Shown here: positions 27,300 to 40,525 of the stretch, in pieces | Position numbering within the stretch: position 1 is the stretch's first letter | How the letters are laid out: each line of letters starts with the position of its first letter | NCBI RefSeq assembly: GCF_006345805.1 | Contig: NC_043000.1 | Span: 12,338,001 to 12,402,000, forward strand | Direction of reading: 5' to 3' | DNA: 64,000 nt | From: Octopus sinensis | Lineage: Eukaryota | Position numbers and translations under genes: made by a program | The notes under the pieces: model-generated | What the model saw: the letters and a program-made list of their open reading frames with translations, nothing else | Database searches by the model: none | What the model was told of the DNA's origin: nothing

Positions 27300-27844
27300 T
27301 TACTTTCACCCAGCCTGTAATATGATTTGTATCAGCATCTTGACCTGTTCTTTGAATGTCGTGATAAGATTAACACTGCACATTTCAATTTGCAATGCCA
27401 AGAGCTTAGCAACAAACTTGACAACGACATGAAAATCTGTCAAACTCCCATGTCTTATGGGAGCTGATGGATTTTTCAACAATAGATTATATGAATGGGC
27501 TCAATTTTTGCTTAATATTCTTGAGCAGATACTTGGAATGCAACTTGTGTTCAACGTAGTTCAACAAAATGTTTCACAAAGCATTTTGAAGGTGTCTATA
27601 GCACATTTTTACACAGCTTGATGTAAAACTTGATGGCGGCTCAGTGCTCAAATTTGTCAGCTATCATAAATAACACAATATTAGAAAACCTTGCATAATA
27701 ACCAAATTTGGGCAGATAGCATAGTTTCTCTTTGTAGACAGACTCAGTAGGTTGGTTACCATTGATTGTCAACTCTGCATGCATCTCTCCCAAACAATGT
27801 AACCACAGCCTGTGCAGTCTTGAAACTCTCAATAACCCCTTGTA
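27300..27844 (-). pseudogene. Decayed mariner 5' end and transposase N-terminus
   Basis: end tacaaggggttattgagagtt; EH*AAIKFYIKLCKN..DTFKMLCETF and VKFVAKLL (WVPHEL-equivalent). Confidence 0.7.
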
Positions 27845-27997
27845 CCTAAATTCATAGGCCTCAGATAAATTTCTGTCTTTATTACTGTCAGCTCATCCAG
27901 TTTTGTCTGATCTGATATATAGATTAAAGGTAGCTGAATTTTTTCAAGAAACTTGCATATCCACTTTAGGTAGTATGATACATTCAGTTTTTGTTAA

Positions 27998-28217
27998 CCC
28001 TTTTGTTACTAACCCGGCCAAAACCGGCTCTGGCTCTGTGGTAAAATGTCCTGCTTTCATAAGTTTTGAATTAGAATATTCCACCAAGCTTTAGTCACAA
28101 TTTACGTTCCTAACACTAGCTTAATGATAGCTAAGTTATTTTACTAAATTATTTGTTATATTTAAAACAATTGAAAGAAACACAGAGCATCTCAAAATAA
28201 ATACAGTAACGAAAGGG
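27998..28217 (+). mobile_element. piggyBac-type MITE (family P1)
   Basis: TTAA on both sides; TIR CCCTTT(T/C)GTTAC...GTAACGAAAGGG. Confidence 0.9.
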
Positions 28218-28580
28218 TTAATGAGAGTGGGTAATGTAGAATCATTTGAGTTTTTTATTGGAAAATATATTAGGATGAGGGGACATTAATGACCTAGGGT
28301 GGAATCACTGCAGTCTAAACCTAGATAAATAGATGTTTCCTCAAATGATTTTTTTAAATAACACTTAAATTTAGTTATGGGATGAGATCTGTTCCTTATA
28401 TTTGCTGAAGACCCAACACAGCACTACTAGTATTTCGACTTTTGTTTCATTAAAATATTTTGGTACCGTTTCCTCGAATAACTAAGCAGCTATTAGTAGC
28501 TAGATATTAATTATACAGATATCATTGAATGTAGGTGTATACTTTTATACTCAATGATTTGTTTTTTCTTCTATTTTCAG

Positions 28581-28707
28581 AAAACTGCGAAGACAGCTCT
28601 TGCCACAGGACTTCAAACGTGCTGCCAGGAATCCCTGGCGTGTACTGCCAGCCAAATCAGGACCACATCATAGTGAGGGCCAGGATGCAATAGTTATCTT
28701 GGACTGA
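28581..28707 (+). CDS. MTA1: MTA last coding exon: KLRRQLLPQDFKRAARNPWRVLPAKSGPHHSEGQDAIVILD*
   Basis: ctattttcag acceptor, phase 2; KRAAR.PW motif and terminal IVILD (cf. human MTA1 PIVIED); TGA 28705-28707. Confidence 0.96.
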
Positions 28708-31700
28708 ACCATTACAATAATTCTTCAACTACCATCTGTATTTGAGGTACTTCTCTGCTGCTGCTGCTGCCGCCGCTACACCTGCCAGTCTTGTTGCCGT
28801 GGGCGGGCATATTGTTAGCCGCGTTGAGACAGCAGCATTGGCCAGATACTGTTGCCAACCAGTGTCATTTCTGGCTACTTCTCTTCCTTCTCCTCCTCCT
28901 ACACCAACTTACAGGTGTTTCAGAGGAACTGGCGTCATGTTGGAAGGAGTTAACAAGCTAGTTAACCAGGAAACCAGCCAAATTATTGCTAACAGATCAT
29001 TTTAAGAAACTCATCAAACTCTACAAAACTGTTACAGTGTTATCACTTGAGCATTGGCATCATATGCTGTATTAGCTCTCTCTGAGAGAACATCTCTCTG
29101 ACCAAATCAACTCCAAGACTGCTGTCGCATGAACGGTGGCACTGTTTGAAGGTCCTTCTATTACTAATGCTACTACTATTACTACCACCATCACCACTAT
29201 TATAACTATCACTACCACAACAACTACTACTATGACTTCTACTATAACTACATCTTCATTATCATCAGTTTGAGGGAATTAAAAAATGTTTGTAAACCCT
29301 AAAAATGATGGACTTGTGCTTCATGGATGACTTTGGTTAATTGAGCTGCCTTCTCCGCTACTAAGCCTTCCGTTGGCCACGGTATAGTTCTTGTATGAGT
29401 AGCTTGATTAGTCTTCTTGGCCAGAGACAACATCATCTTGATGTATTTGATGTATGCATGGTTTGTGTGAAAGTGTGCATGTGCAATGCAACCAGTCGGG
29501 ATCCAACGACACAGGAAAGCCCAGCCAGGCCCTTGTGTACTTTTAGGTTATCATCAACTGTATAGAGCTGGTCGGTTTCAACAATATTTGTCTATATAAT
29601 TTACATTATAAATTTGTCTTTTGTATTGTAGAAGTCCAGTAGCATTTTCTATGAAATGAACAATAACAAAACAAAAAAAAAAAAACAGGAAAAAATCTTT
29701 GAAAAAAAAAAAGAGGATAAAAAAAAACTGAAAAAAAAGTTCCCACAAAACCTAGTGCCCCTCTCCCTACTTTCCTACTGTCTCATTAGGAAGTTGGTTA
29801 CAAACAAACAAAAGGATAAGAGCAGTTGCTAGAAGGTCTTGACAAGGAAACTGTATAAAAACAGAAAACAGTCGGAAAAGAAGGAATGGTTGGCAACAAC
29901 AATTTCTCCATAATCCTCGGTGTTGGTGGTGAATGATAAGTTATCGGCGCTGCTGTTTTATTGGTTGATTTTCTGCTAATTAATACAACAGTTCCCACAC
30001 AAGTCTAGTTGGTTGCACTGAGTGAACTTGTACGCCAGTACTTCAACTAGATTAACCTGGAGACCACTTCACTTTGGATTACTCATTTTTCATGTCATCC
30101 ACTAATCAATGAAGGATATTTTTTTGTTTTTGTTTCCCCCTGTCCCTATAATTCTTTTTCTCTCCCTCTTGCTATCTGCCCCCTCCTCCCTTTTTTTTTT
30201 TGTTGTTGTTTCACCAGATTATTGGTTGGATCGATTATATAAATCCTTTAAGTTAGCTATATATTTCTGCTGTAATTACAAATATATTTTATTCGTTTGC
30301 ACCCTGCAAGCTTTTGAAGATAGCACTTCAAGTTTGCCTTAATTTACTCTGCTCCTCCAACCCATTCAAAAATATTGACAACAGTAAATTATACTAAAGT
30401 TAAAACAACTCTAAGTTAGACATAGATGTTACTTTGTTGGTTTAGTTCTTTGATTCATTTTTGTTTTTAATTTATCCCATCCTCCTCCAAATTATCAAAC
30501 ATCTCTTCATATAAGAGAACTCTAATTCTCACTGCCTTGGACAGACTCATTAAAAATGGGCTAAGATTGGTGCTGCAGCCACATTAACTCAATTTCAATC
30601 TCTATTACAACTACAATACTGCAAAGGAGCATACTGTCGCTTAATATAAACTCTTACAACAATTTTCATTTCTATTTTTACATTTCAATATCTGCAATAT
30701 GTTCCTGTGAATTATATTTGACAGACAGCTGGTTTTTCTCTATCACTGATTCAGTTTTTGCATTTAACAATTTCCCTATTTTTATACACCACAGATGAAG
30801 CGATAAATTGTTTAAATGTCTTTTCTTCCAACACTGAAGAACTTCAGTAAAAATCTTCCTGTTCTCCTCCTTTAGGAATCGGTGAACTGAAGAAGCCCCT
30901 ATTTCCATATTGTAGCAGTGTTCCTTACTTCCATTCTTTTAGCATTACTGACAGCACACTATTTATTTCTACTCAATCTACACACAATATACACACACAC
31001 ATACACACATACACATATATATATAGATATATCTATATATATGTGTGTGTATCTATCTATCTATATAGATAGATGTGTATGTGTGCGTATAATGTGTAAA
31101 CACATACATACACTTACATAATTTGAACTATTTGCATGTGATTGCAGTCAATATACAAACCTGACCTGTACAATTAAAAACATTTGTCTGGTTTTTGTTA
31201 ATATATTTAGAAGTTGAGTCAAGGTGGAGTTGTGGCAATAATACTTATCCTATATTTATGCTGTTGTGGTTTCTTAAGCCAAGTGTTTCTACCATTCTCA
31301 TTAAATGGTCGGATATACCACTACTCAGTAATGACTTTATTAAAGATACAAAAATAACATTGCCATTGAAAACAAAGCTGGGTAAAATTTCATTATTATC
31401 TCTCTTTGTTTTTTTTTGTTTGTTTTTTTTTTAAAAACTTTTTTCAATTCTCTTCTCATGTCTTTTTAAATAGCTGTGTCTATTTATTTTAACATGTCAA
31501 TGTTGATGTTTACTCCCTCATCTACAATCCACAGATAAAATTCTCTTAACATTTGATTTTAGTTTTTTTTTTTTTTTTTTTTTTTTATATCTTCTATTTT
31601 GTCACCATTGAAAGGCTTACGTTCATTAAACCACAGCAGCAACTTGAGAGATTAGAGCTAGTTGTGCCTGCTAGAATGTTGAAACAACTTGCTCTAGCAC

Positions 31701-33340
31701 TATTGTTATTTCTACTATATTCTCATCCATCTTTAACTTCAGAGTTGCCTACCATTCACATAGCTTCCATATTTGGATGTGCTCATTTTCTGACTGCTAT
31801 AATAATATAATAAAATCATATGAGAATTCAACTTTCATGATTATTGCATTGTCTCTTAATACATTTTCATCAAGGTATTTAATTTTTTTTTTCTTGTTAT
31901 ATTTCCACTTGAATATCAACTTCGCTTTGAAATTGAAATATTCTGCAAATTAAAAAAAAAATACCTCCAATTTTAAACAGTTTCATGACAAAAACCTCAT
32001 TTTTCCTCCAATTGACTTACTATCTCTATTCTAAGCTTCACCTATCTATCTCAACTCCTTGTCGCTCTGATAACTATGATATCCGGTGTGACGGGGTGTT
32101 GTCAATCAAATGATGCTGGTCCTGTTGAATGTATGGCTAGACTTGGCAGAACCTGTCAGCTTTCATTTGTTGTCTTTATTTTTTTTGTTTTGTTTTGTGC
32201 GTATATTTACTTCTCGCTGTGTGCAATGTTATTCCCATTATCAGTTATTCTACTGTATATATAGCTTGGTGGGAAGATTGGCTAGATTGTCTTGTTTTGG
32301 AACTGTGTTCTAAATCAAATGAAAGTGTATGTGATAAAATACTATAGGTGCCAAAGAGAATGAATATATTGTTGGCTACAGCTTGCCCCTTTGTATTTTT
32401 AATAGTTGGAAACCCAATTGGGTTCGGGTTTTAATCTTTCTTAGTGTAGCTGCAAGCTAGGAATTACTGGAGCTGTATATGTCATCAGATAACTATAACA
32501 TTTTCAATAATGATACAGAAACTTCAATAATGCTGCATGAATGTTTGAACCACAAATAATAGTCTCTCAAAGATAGTTCTAACAACAGGAAGCCGTTTTT
32601 TTTTTATGTTAATTTTAAACTTTACTAAGATAAGATGTATTTAAAAATATGAATTTATTTCACTTGGCTGTCAAACTAGGAATACCATAATGTGGCTCTT
32701 TAATTATTTTTCTTTCAATTCGTGCTAGATTTTATTGGACATGTTGAGTTCTCATTTTAAAAGGTGACATAACCAAGTGCCTTTGATGTTCATTGACCAG
32801 CTTTGCTAGAATGTCTGTTAACCAATCTTAAAATTCATACGACATCTCAAGAATAAGCAGCACTGGTGATTCTAAAACTGTATGAATGCAGCAGGATAGC
32901 TGCAGTTGCACTTATTGCCATTTTTGTTGAAAATCTGGAACATGTAGTTTTGTGAAGTTCTCATTATCATTAGCCCATATTATGTGAGTGTGTGTGCGTG
33001 TGGTATTTTGGCCATGGTTCATATGAGAAATATATCTTAGCCTCAGTGAAAGAGCGATGCCAGTCATTAATATTTCACAAGCTGTGTGCCTTGGTCTGTG
33101 AAAATTGCAACCCACCTAGCAATGGGCTTACCACACTGTTTCATTTCACTGTAAGTATCTCTTTTTCCATCCATCTCTTTTCTCCCCTTCTCTCGACCCC
33201 CTCCAGTGGCCATGGCACTCTTATCACCCAACCAGTTTAATAGGTGAATTTCCAATTTTGGAGATAATTGCTTCAAACTAAACATTTTCATTTTGTATGT
33301 CCTGTATAGATAATAAAACATTTATTCACAACCAAGTGTT
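28708..33340 (+). other. Probable long MTA 3'UTR
   Basis: no recognisable SINE/MITE copies for ~4.6 kb after the stop; U/A tracts, CTG and ACT repeats; ends at a canonical poly(A) signal. Confidence 0.55.
33312..33317 (+). terminator. Candidate polyadenylation signal AATAAA
   Basis: upstream TGTA elements (33294, 33303) and downstream GT/T-rich tract gtgtttctttttttg. Confidence 0.55.
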
Positions 33341-35181
33341 TCTTTTTTTGCTGTAAAGCAACTTATAGTAAAAATTAGCTGGCAAGCTTCCTCTTACTGC
33401 CCCCAAACTGGTTGGGCTACTGCTGGCTTTCCTCTCTCTTACCTTTCTCACAGTATTACTTCTTTCTGTCTTTGCTCCTTCTTTGATCAGCTCTCACTTG
33501 ATATTTCTCTAGAGGTCAGTTTCCTTCTTTTTATATACATGGATCAGAAGGCTTGAATGAATGCTGGATTTCATTGTTTGTAATAGTGGAAATTCATATT
33601 TAAAATATAATATAGAAGGATGATGTTCAGAATACCTGATGTGAATGTAGTGATTGGGGGTTGAAGAACATATAATTATGGATGGTGGGATTAGATCAGG
33701 CAAGTATAAAATACTGTTTTGATTAACTACAGTGTATGGGTTAATGCAGAAACAATAAAGGTAGTGTTCTTGGAGAGGGCAGCATTTGAATAACGAAGTA
33801 AAGGCTTTTCTTTTAAATGTGATGTAGGTTATCAGTGATTAAAGGATATACATCATGTCAAGCCATAGGGTATTTCAAAACTTGCTCCATTATAATAGAG
33901 TAGATTTTGAAATAAGGTTCCTGATTCCAAAGAGAACATTGAATCTCTCTCTCATACATATGTAAATAATTTGAGATTTGCAGGTAAGTTAAGAGATGTG
34001 TGGGCTATGAATAATGGGTAATATATAGAGTTAACAGGCTAGTTTTTACCATTATATTATTATGATTTACCCTCATATAAAACATTAAACACTACAATTC
34101 TTAAAATTCTACTCTGCTTAGAAAATTTGATTTCCAGTTTCTGTGTTATCCCTTAATACTTTTATTTAACATTAAAGTATGTCTGTAATGTTTACATGAC
34201 TTATGAACATGCTGGGAACAAAACCAAAAAACAAGCCATCTCATTTACTACATTGGTTCTGCATTTCTTTTTCTGCTATTATTATTCATCAAGTAAGGGG
34301 TAGAAAAAGGAACAGGGCTCCAAACAAATAATTATTATGTACCTGAAATAAGATTTTGAACAATTTTCTGATTTCAGGTTATATTCTACTTCAGCTCATG
34401 CAGTTCCCTTCTTCGTTATCTTTGTCGCAGTGTTGCACTTCTTCATAGAAATACAGTGTGGTATAGTTCAGGGGGTTTTGTGTTTGCTTCTTGTCCACTT
34501 TTCATATTATGAATCTAGTCAATTGTTTCAAATGAAGTTCTTAAGTGATATTGATTTAACCCTTTTGTGGCTATATTTTTTTCATAAAATTTTGCAGAAG
34601 ATTTTAATTAAAATAGTACATGGGTTGCTCATATGAATAAGCCTAAGCCTGAGGTGTGCAGTCTCTGGAAGGTTAGTAACCTAGGCCTAAAAGGCAATTT
34701 GTGACTAGCAAATAAAATCAAACCAAAGGGCAATAAGTATTTTTCCTTTGCAAGCTGATCAGCAGGCAATTTCAATGAATTGTAAACTTTTGGGAAGTAA
34801 CTGTACTGTATTGGGCACACCTGGTTTGACTCCGTTTATTTGGTGTCTCTAATTCAACACTGACCTGGTTGGATATTTTAAATGTTTCTATTCATACACA
34901 CACCATGCTGGTTTAGAAAATGATAACTGTGTTCTGTCTCTATGTGGATATTATTGCATGCATAAGTGTGTTTGCCTCCAAAAGTACTGTTGGCGAAATA
35001 GACGTTGCTGTTAAGAACAAAATAACAAGTTATAATTTTCACATAAATACTTTAAAAGAAGTAGGTTTTGCATACAAACTAAAGGCAGATTGTTTTATTT
35101 TTGCTTTCAAAAAAAAAAATTTCTAATGGAGACCAAAACTATTGATAATTTAATGTCAAAGTAGGCAGGTGTTATCTTTAA

Positions 35182-36204
35182 CCCTTTTGTTACTATATTT
35201 CTGACCAAAATACATGTGTTTCAATTAATTTCTAACGTAATCATAAATTTTGTCTGGTTTCATTAAACAACTATAACTTTTTTATTTATCAATATATTAA
35301 TCTGATTTTTGGAAGATAATTTAATGAAATATTCTCAACCAATTCTATACTATAATTTTTGTCACAAAGTGACTCTAATTGCAGGTAGATACAGGTAAAT
35401 TCAACAAAATAAAAAATTATTAAAATTTTGTTCAAACATCGCTATAGAAAATGGGTTATTAGCTAATATTCAATTGGGTATACAAGAAAATTTTACGATA
35501 GAATTTGTTATTCTGGGTAACTTTCTGATACCCATAATAATATTTATGGCAAAATAGTCTTAATTTCATTTAAGGTTGTGGGAAACCACAAACTATCGTT
35601 TTTTTCGCTTTGTTTACGTTTACAATAACGGTTCGTTTCCGCCGTAATGATTTCAAATAGGCTCATTCGAAAAAGTAAAAAAATAGTCTAAGGCTTTACT
35701 CTCCTGGGAAAATCTATGGCTTGGTCCAGTTTCTTCAGAAAAATCTCCGAAAGAAACAGTTTTTAAATTTTCACTCCATTCAGGTGCCAATTCATTTTCT
35801 TTATCGCTGTCGGAGATCTCGGATTCACTGTTTTCACTTTCAGAAAATGAAACATCAGATTCATTATCAAATACCACGTGCTTTTTTTTTTCAGTCATAG
35901 AGTTAGATTTATGAAGGTCTTCAGTAGAAAATCCTTTGAATTCTGACTCGCTACTTGATATAATGAAATTCGTATCCATTTTTTGTCAGAATTACAAATT
36001 TTAAAAACACAATAGGAACAAATTTCGGAAAAAAATCTCCCAAAATTCACAGAATTAAAATTACACTTCGATTATTGTACAAAACTGTAGTTGAACTGTT
36101 TACGAAGTATAATACGTGTTTCCACGAATGTACTAAAGAGATTTGCTCTGATATTCTCATTTAAATATGAATAGGTAAATTCGGGCGGTTTGGTAACGAA
36201 AGGG
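35182..36204 (-). mobile_element. Internally deleted piggyBac-like transposon retaining transposase N-terminus (ORF 35653-35979)
   Basis: TTAA TSDs, same TIRs as P1 MITEs; ORF has Ser/acidic N-terminus then W..F...GP....ALDYF typical of piggyBac transposase starts. Confidence 0.85.
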
Positions 36205-36706
36205 TTAAATCTGAATCCCAATAGACAGAAAATGCATACATTCTTTGAGATCAGCCCCTCTTTTTGGCAATTATGTAATTTATAATTCTTGGAGTTGCCT
36301 TCAGAGATTTTATATATATATACACACACATACATACTATCTTACCTTGCTTTGAAAACAGGATGAGGATCTAGTTATAGAAAATCTGTCTCAACAAATT
36401 CGTCTGACCCATACAGGCAGGAAAGGAAAAGTGAATGATAAATGATATTGAGGATTTATGTCTATACATTTTGATCAGTTTTGTCTCCAGAACAAATTTG
36501 GTACCAGAAAAAAGGAAATTGAAAACTTATTTCTAAACAAAGACTAGTAATAATGACCTTATGGAGATTTGAACCTATTGATGAAAACATTAAGGTTTTG
36601 CATTTCTGAAGTTATTCTTAAATTGAATGACCTTTCGAACACAAAGATGATGAGCTGATCTGTCTAAGTTATTGATTGGTAAAAGTAGATTGAATACATG
36701 GTTTAA

Positions 36707-36919
36707 CCCTTTGTATTCAAACTGGCTATATTTAGCCAAAATATTCTGTTTTGTATTTAAACCTACCAGGTTCAGCTTCTCACACCTACCCTACAATGTC
36801 CTAAAAATAAGCAATCACACTATGTAAATCTTGAAGCCGTGTGATAATGGATGATTAACTCAAAACAGTGGTGAATAGATAGGCAAAACATTTGACAAAG
36901 AAATCTGAATGCTTAAGAG
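36707..36919 (+). mobile_element. TTAA-flanked MITE family P2 (degenerate)
   Basis: ttaa ccctttg..aatgcttaagag ttaa; internal cacacctaccctacaatgtc shared with 38590-38770(-), 41420-41600, 54883-55103. Confidence 0.7.
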
Positions 36920-37512
36920 TTAAGCATTCATTTTCCCCTGTTCAGGATTTGTTGAGGTGGATTTTTGTATGTATGCATTTCCTGTTGCCAACATTCACCA
37001 GTTTCCAAGCATATATTGCATGCATTATGGTGACCTTTCTTTCTAACTATTGCACAATATTAAGACCACACAGACACATAACAGGCTTCTGCTCAATCTT
37101 TATTTACCAAATCCACTGATAAGGTTTTGGCTATTTACCCAAGGTGCCATATAGTGGGACTGAACCCAAAACTTTGTGTTTGGAAAATGAACTTATTAAC
37201 CACACAGTCATGCATGTGCCTATAGTTTTTGTTATATAGAAGGAATGACAGGTATTTGAAGTAGACGGCTTGCTTGTGTAAATGCTGTCAATCGAAAGTT
37301 TTGCATATTGGACACCAGTAGGAGAGAAGGCACACCATTTCAGGGGCCATACTCTTGATAGCTTAACAGCGCACTGCACCCCAGCCTCTGTTGGGTTGAC
37401 TGGCTCAGACAAACAGGTACCTGCATCACACCTATATATCATTTTTCTATTCAGGTTTCATCATCCCTTTTCAGCCATTTCCAGTGGCTGGCTCTCTCAG
37501 GGTGTATTTCAA

Positions 37513-37838
37513 GACGGCGTTTGCTTGATGCTGATTCACATATTGGCACGTAAAAAGCACCATCCAAACGTGGCTGATGCCAGCGCTGCCTTTACTGGCT
37601 TCCATGCCGGTGTCACGTAAAAAACACCAACCGATCGTGGCCGTTGCCAGCCTTGCCTGGCATGTTAAAAAGCACCCACTACACTCACGGAGTGGTTGGC
37701 ATTAGGAAGGGCATCCAGCTGTAGAAACACTGCCAGATCAGACTGGAGCCTGGTGCAGCCCCCTGGCTTCCCTGACCCCAGTCGAACCGTCCAACCCATG
37801 CTAGGCATGGAAAACGGATGTTAAACGATGATGATGAT
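37513..37838 (+). mobile_element. SINE/LINE 3' end with RTE-like tail and (GAT)n
   Basis: ggcattaggaagggcatccagctgtagaaac...catggaaaacggatgttaaacgatgatgat; related copies near 10130-10305 and 13200-13376. Confidence 0.75.
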
Positions 37839-38309
37839 TATTGTAAACTTGTGTTGGCTGTTGGTTAACACTTCATTTGCAATGTCTTCGTAATTTAGCA
37901 GGAACAAAAAGGGCTTCCTGCCCTGTGAGCATCTAACTGAAGTTACTTGAAAGGAGAATGAATGTTATTACCAAGACTGTGATACAAGTAAATCCAGAGA
38001 CCCAGTCTTCAATGATAATAATTTCTACTATTGTCACAAATCCAGAAATTTATTGGGAGATAAAGTGATATGAGCTCCAAATTCAGCAGTAAATAAATTA
38101 TTCTGAATTGGTCAGATTACAATAAACCAAACCAATGCTTTATAGATTGCCCCATGAAAGGAAAGTTTAATTAATTTCATTTTGCTTGGCTTGATTCAGT
38201 TGACTCCAGAGATATTTTGACTTGGAATTTAAGGTATTAAACTGGTATCCTACCATAAATTATGTGGATTCACTCTTTAATAGATTATTTTGTCAAATGT
38301 TTGTTCCTT

Positions 38310-38590
38310 CTCAAGCCATGCCTGGCTCATAGGGCCAGTTTCTTTGGCATATAGGTTTCCCACCTGGATGGGACGCCGGTCCGTCGCAGGTAAGCTGCAA
38401 GATGCAGAAGGAAAGAGTGAGAGAAAGTTGTGGCGAAAGAGTCAGCAGAAGTTCGCCATTACCTTCTGCCGGAGCTGCGTGGAGCTTAGGTGTTTCGCTC
38501 ATAAACACACATCGCCCAGTCTGAGATTCAAACCTGCAATCCCTTGACCACGAATCCGCTGCTCTGACCACTAGGCCATGTGCCTCCACT
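38310..38590 (-). mobile_element. tRNA-derived SINE family B
   Basis: minus strand tggaggcacatggcctagtggtcagagc (A box) ... ggtttgaatctc (B box); similar to 43155 and 58581. Confidence 0.85.
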
Positions 38591-38773
38591 TAGTCAAATG
38601 TAATGCTTATTTATTCACATTGTTTTGAATTAATTATGCATTAATTTTAGTAGCTCTAAGATTTCAATGTGGTGGTAGTTTATTTTTAGAATGACATTGT
38701 AGGGTAAGTGTAAGAGGCTAGATCTAGCTGTTATAAACATGAAGCAGAATGTTTGTTCTAGAAATTGATTTAA

Positions 38774-38987
38774 CCCTTTCATTACTGTATTTATTTTGAG
38801 ATGCTCTGCATTTCTTTCAATTACTTTAAATATAACAAAGAATTTAGTAAAATAACTTAGTTATCATTCAGCTAGTGTTAGCAACATAAATTCTGACTAA
38901 AGTTTGGTGGAAGATTTTAATTCAAAACTTATGAAAACAAGACATTTGCACTCAGAGCCGGTTTCAGCTGGATTGGTAACGAAAGAG
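38774..38987 (-). mobile_element. piggyBac-type MITE P1
   Basis: reverse complement of the 27998 copy, TTAA both sides. Confidence 0.9.
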
Positions 38988-39496
38988 TTAAGTGCTAAAG
39001 CAAGCGTGAGCATTTTTTTTTTTTTTGAGAAGTGGGCCATATGAGACAGCTCATCATCAGGTTGACAGCACTTGTAAAATTCAAGGTTATTTGTCATTAG
39101 GTGTGCCATTCAGAAACAACCATGCGCCACAGATTGCCAATGATTGTACTGAAGGGTTAAATAAACCTTAGAAAAATTCAGATTGAGAAGTTAAAGAGAC
39201 AGGGAAAGACATTTTATAATCTAGAGGCACAAGGCCAGGTAGGGGCAAGTTGATTTCATTGACTTCAGTACTTGATCGGTAATTATTTTTATGAACCCTG
39301 AAAGGCAAAATTTGAACTCAAAATGTAAAGACAAATGAAATGCTAGCTTGCCACCTTCATCAGTGTTGATGAAAGAAGCCCTTGAAGTCATAGTTAAAAG
39401 AAGTGATTACTGCAGCTGTGGCTATGTCCACCTAGTGCTATGGAGTCTATAATTACATTGGGCACTATATCATTCTAATGGTAATTATTTTATTTC

Positions 39497-39716
39497 TGGC
39501 GATCTGGCTGAAATGTTAGCACGCTGGGCGAAATGCGTAGCCGTATTTCGTCTGGCACTACATTCTGAGTTCAAATTCCGCCAAGGTCGACTTTGCCTTT
39601 CATCCTTTCGGAATCGATAAATTCAGTATCAGTTACGCACTGGGGTCGATATAATCGACTTAATCCGTTTGTTTGTCCTCTCTGTGTTAAGCCCCTTGTG
39701 GGTAGTAAAGAAATAG
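39497..39716 (+). mobile_element. SINE family C
   Basis: ggcga.ctggc.gaaa.gttagcacgc..gagttcaaattccgcc..ctttgcctttcatcctttcgg. Confidence 0.8.
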
Positions 39717-40312
39717 GTAATTATTTTATTTCTATATTGAAAATTTTCCAGAAGATGGTATGGTGTCTTACTATATTGGACACTCCTTCAAGTCTAGAGA
39801 ACATTGGAAAGAAGCTTGCAGAAACATTCAGACTTAATTTTCAATTCTTGTTTGAAAATCCAGGATCTAATTGCTTATGGTGGTAGTTACGGCAATAGAC
39901 AAATCCTCTCTGGTTGTGGTATGGAGTTTTTATTTGTACTACTGCTTCTTAGTCCAAGTAGTATGAAGTTTGAAGATGATTACCTCAGGAAATCTGTAGC
40001 AATAGTGGACATCAGCTCCTAAATTAGCATTCCATTGATTATGGCAACATCAGTTCCAGTTGATCCAATCAACAGAACAGCCTGCTCATGAAATTGATGT
40101 GCAATTGGCTGTGTGCACAGAAACATACCCTTAATATAGTTGTCAGCGAGATTCATCATTGGTATAATGTAGCAAGGCTAGCCCTTTGAAATACAGGTAC
40201 AACTCATTTTTGTCAGCTGGGTGGAATAGAGCAATGGGAAATAAAGTGTCTTGCTCAAGGCCACAACATGCCACTGGGAATCGACCTTATGATCTTGAAC
40301 CGAGTACCTTAA

Positions 40313-40525
40313 CCCTTTCGTTACGAACCCGGCCAAAACCAGCTCTGGTATTAGTGTCTTGTCTTCATAAGTTTTTCATTAAAATATGCCACCAAACCTT
40401 AGTCGCAATTTATGTTCCTAACACTAGCTGAAAGATAACTGAGTTATTTTACTAAATTCTTTGTTATATTTAAAGTAATTGAAAGAAACACAGAGCATCT
40501 CATAATAAATACAGTAACGAAAGGG
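40313..40525 (+). mobile_element. piggyBac-type MITE P1 inserted at the head of a minus-strand SINE
   Basis: TTAA 40309-40312 and 40526-40529; perfect CCCTTTCGTTAC TIRs. Confidence 0.9.

Noticed and set aside
28705-28818. Readthrough/selenocysteine extension after the MTA TGA (36 codons, Cys-rich)
   Set aside because: Stop context TGA-ACC is not a leaky motif, the Cys run is a CTG microsatellite, no SECIS identified, and the conserved terminus ends at the stop
33917-33983. Open segment VPDSKENIESLSHTYVNNLRFA ending at a strong CAG|gtaagt phase-1 donor, as upstream exon of the micro-exon chain
   Set aside because: No credible acceptor or start codon in frame; worth checking only if RNA-seq supports it
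37131-37620. Overlapping 103/112-aa ORFs
   Set aside because: Partly made of SINE sequence; no recognisable domain or consistent splice pair
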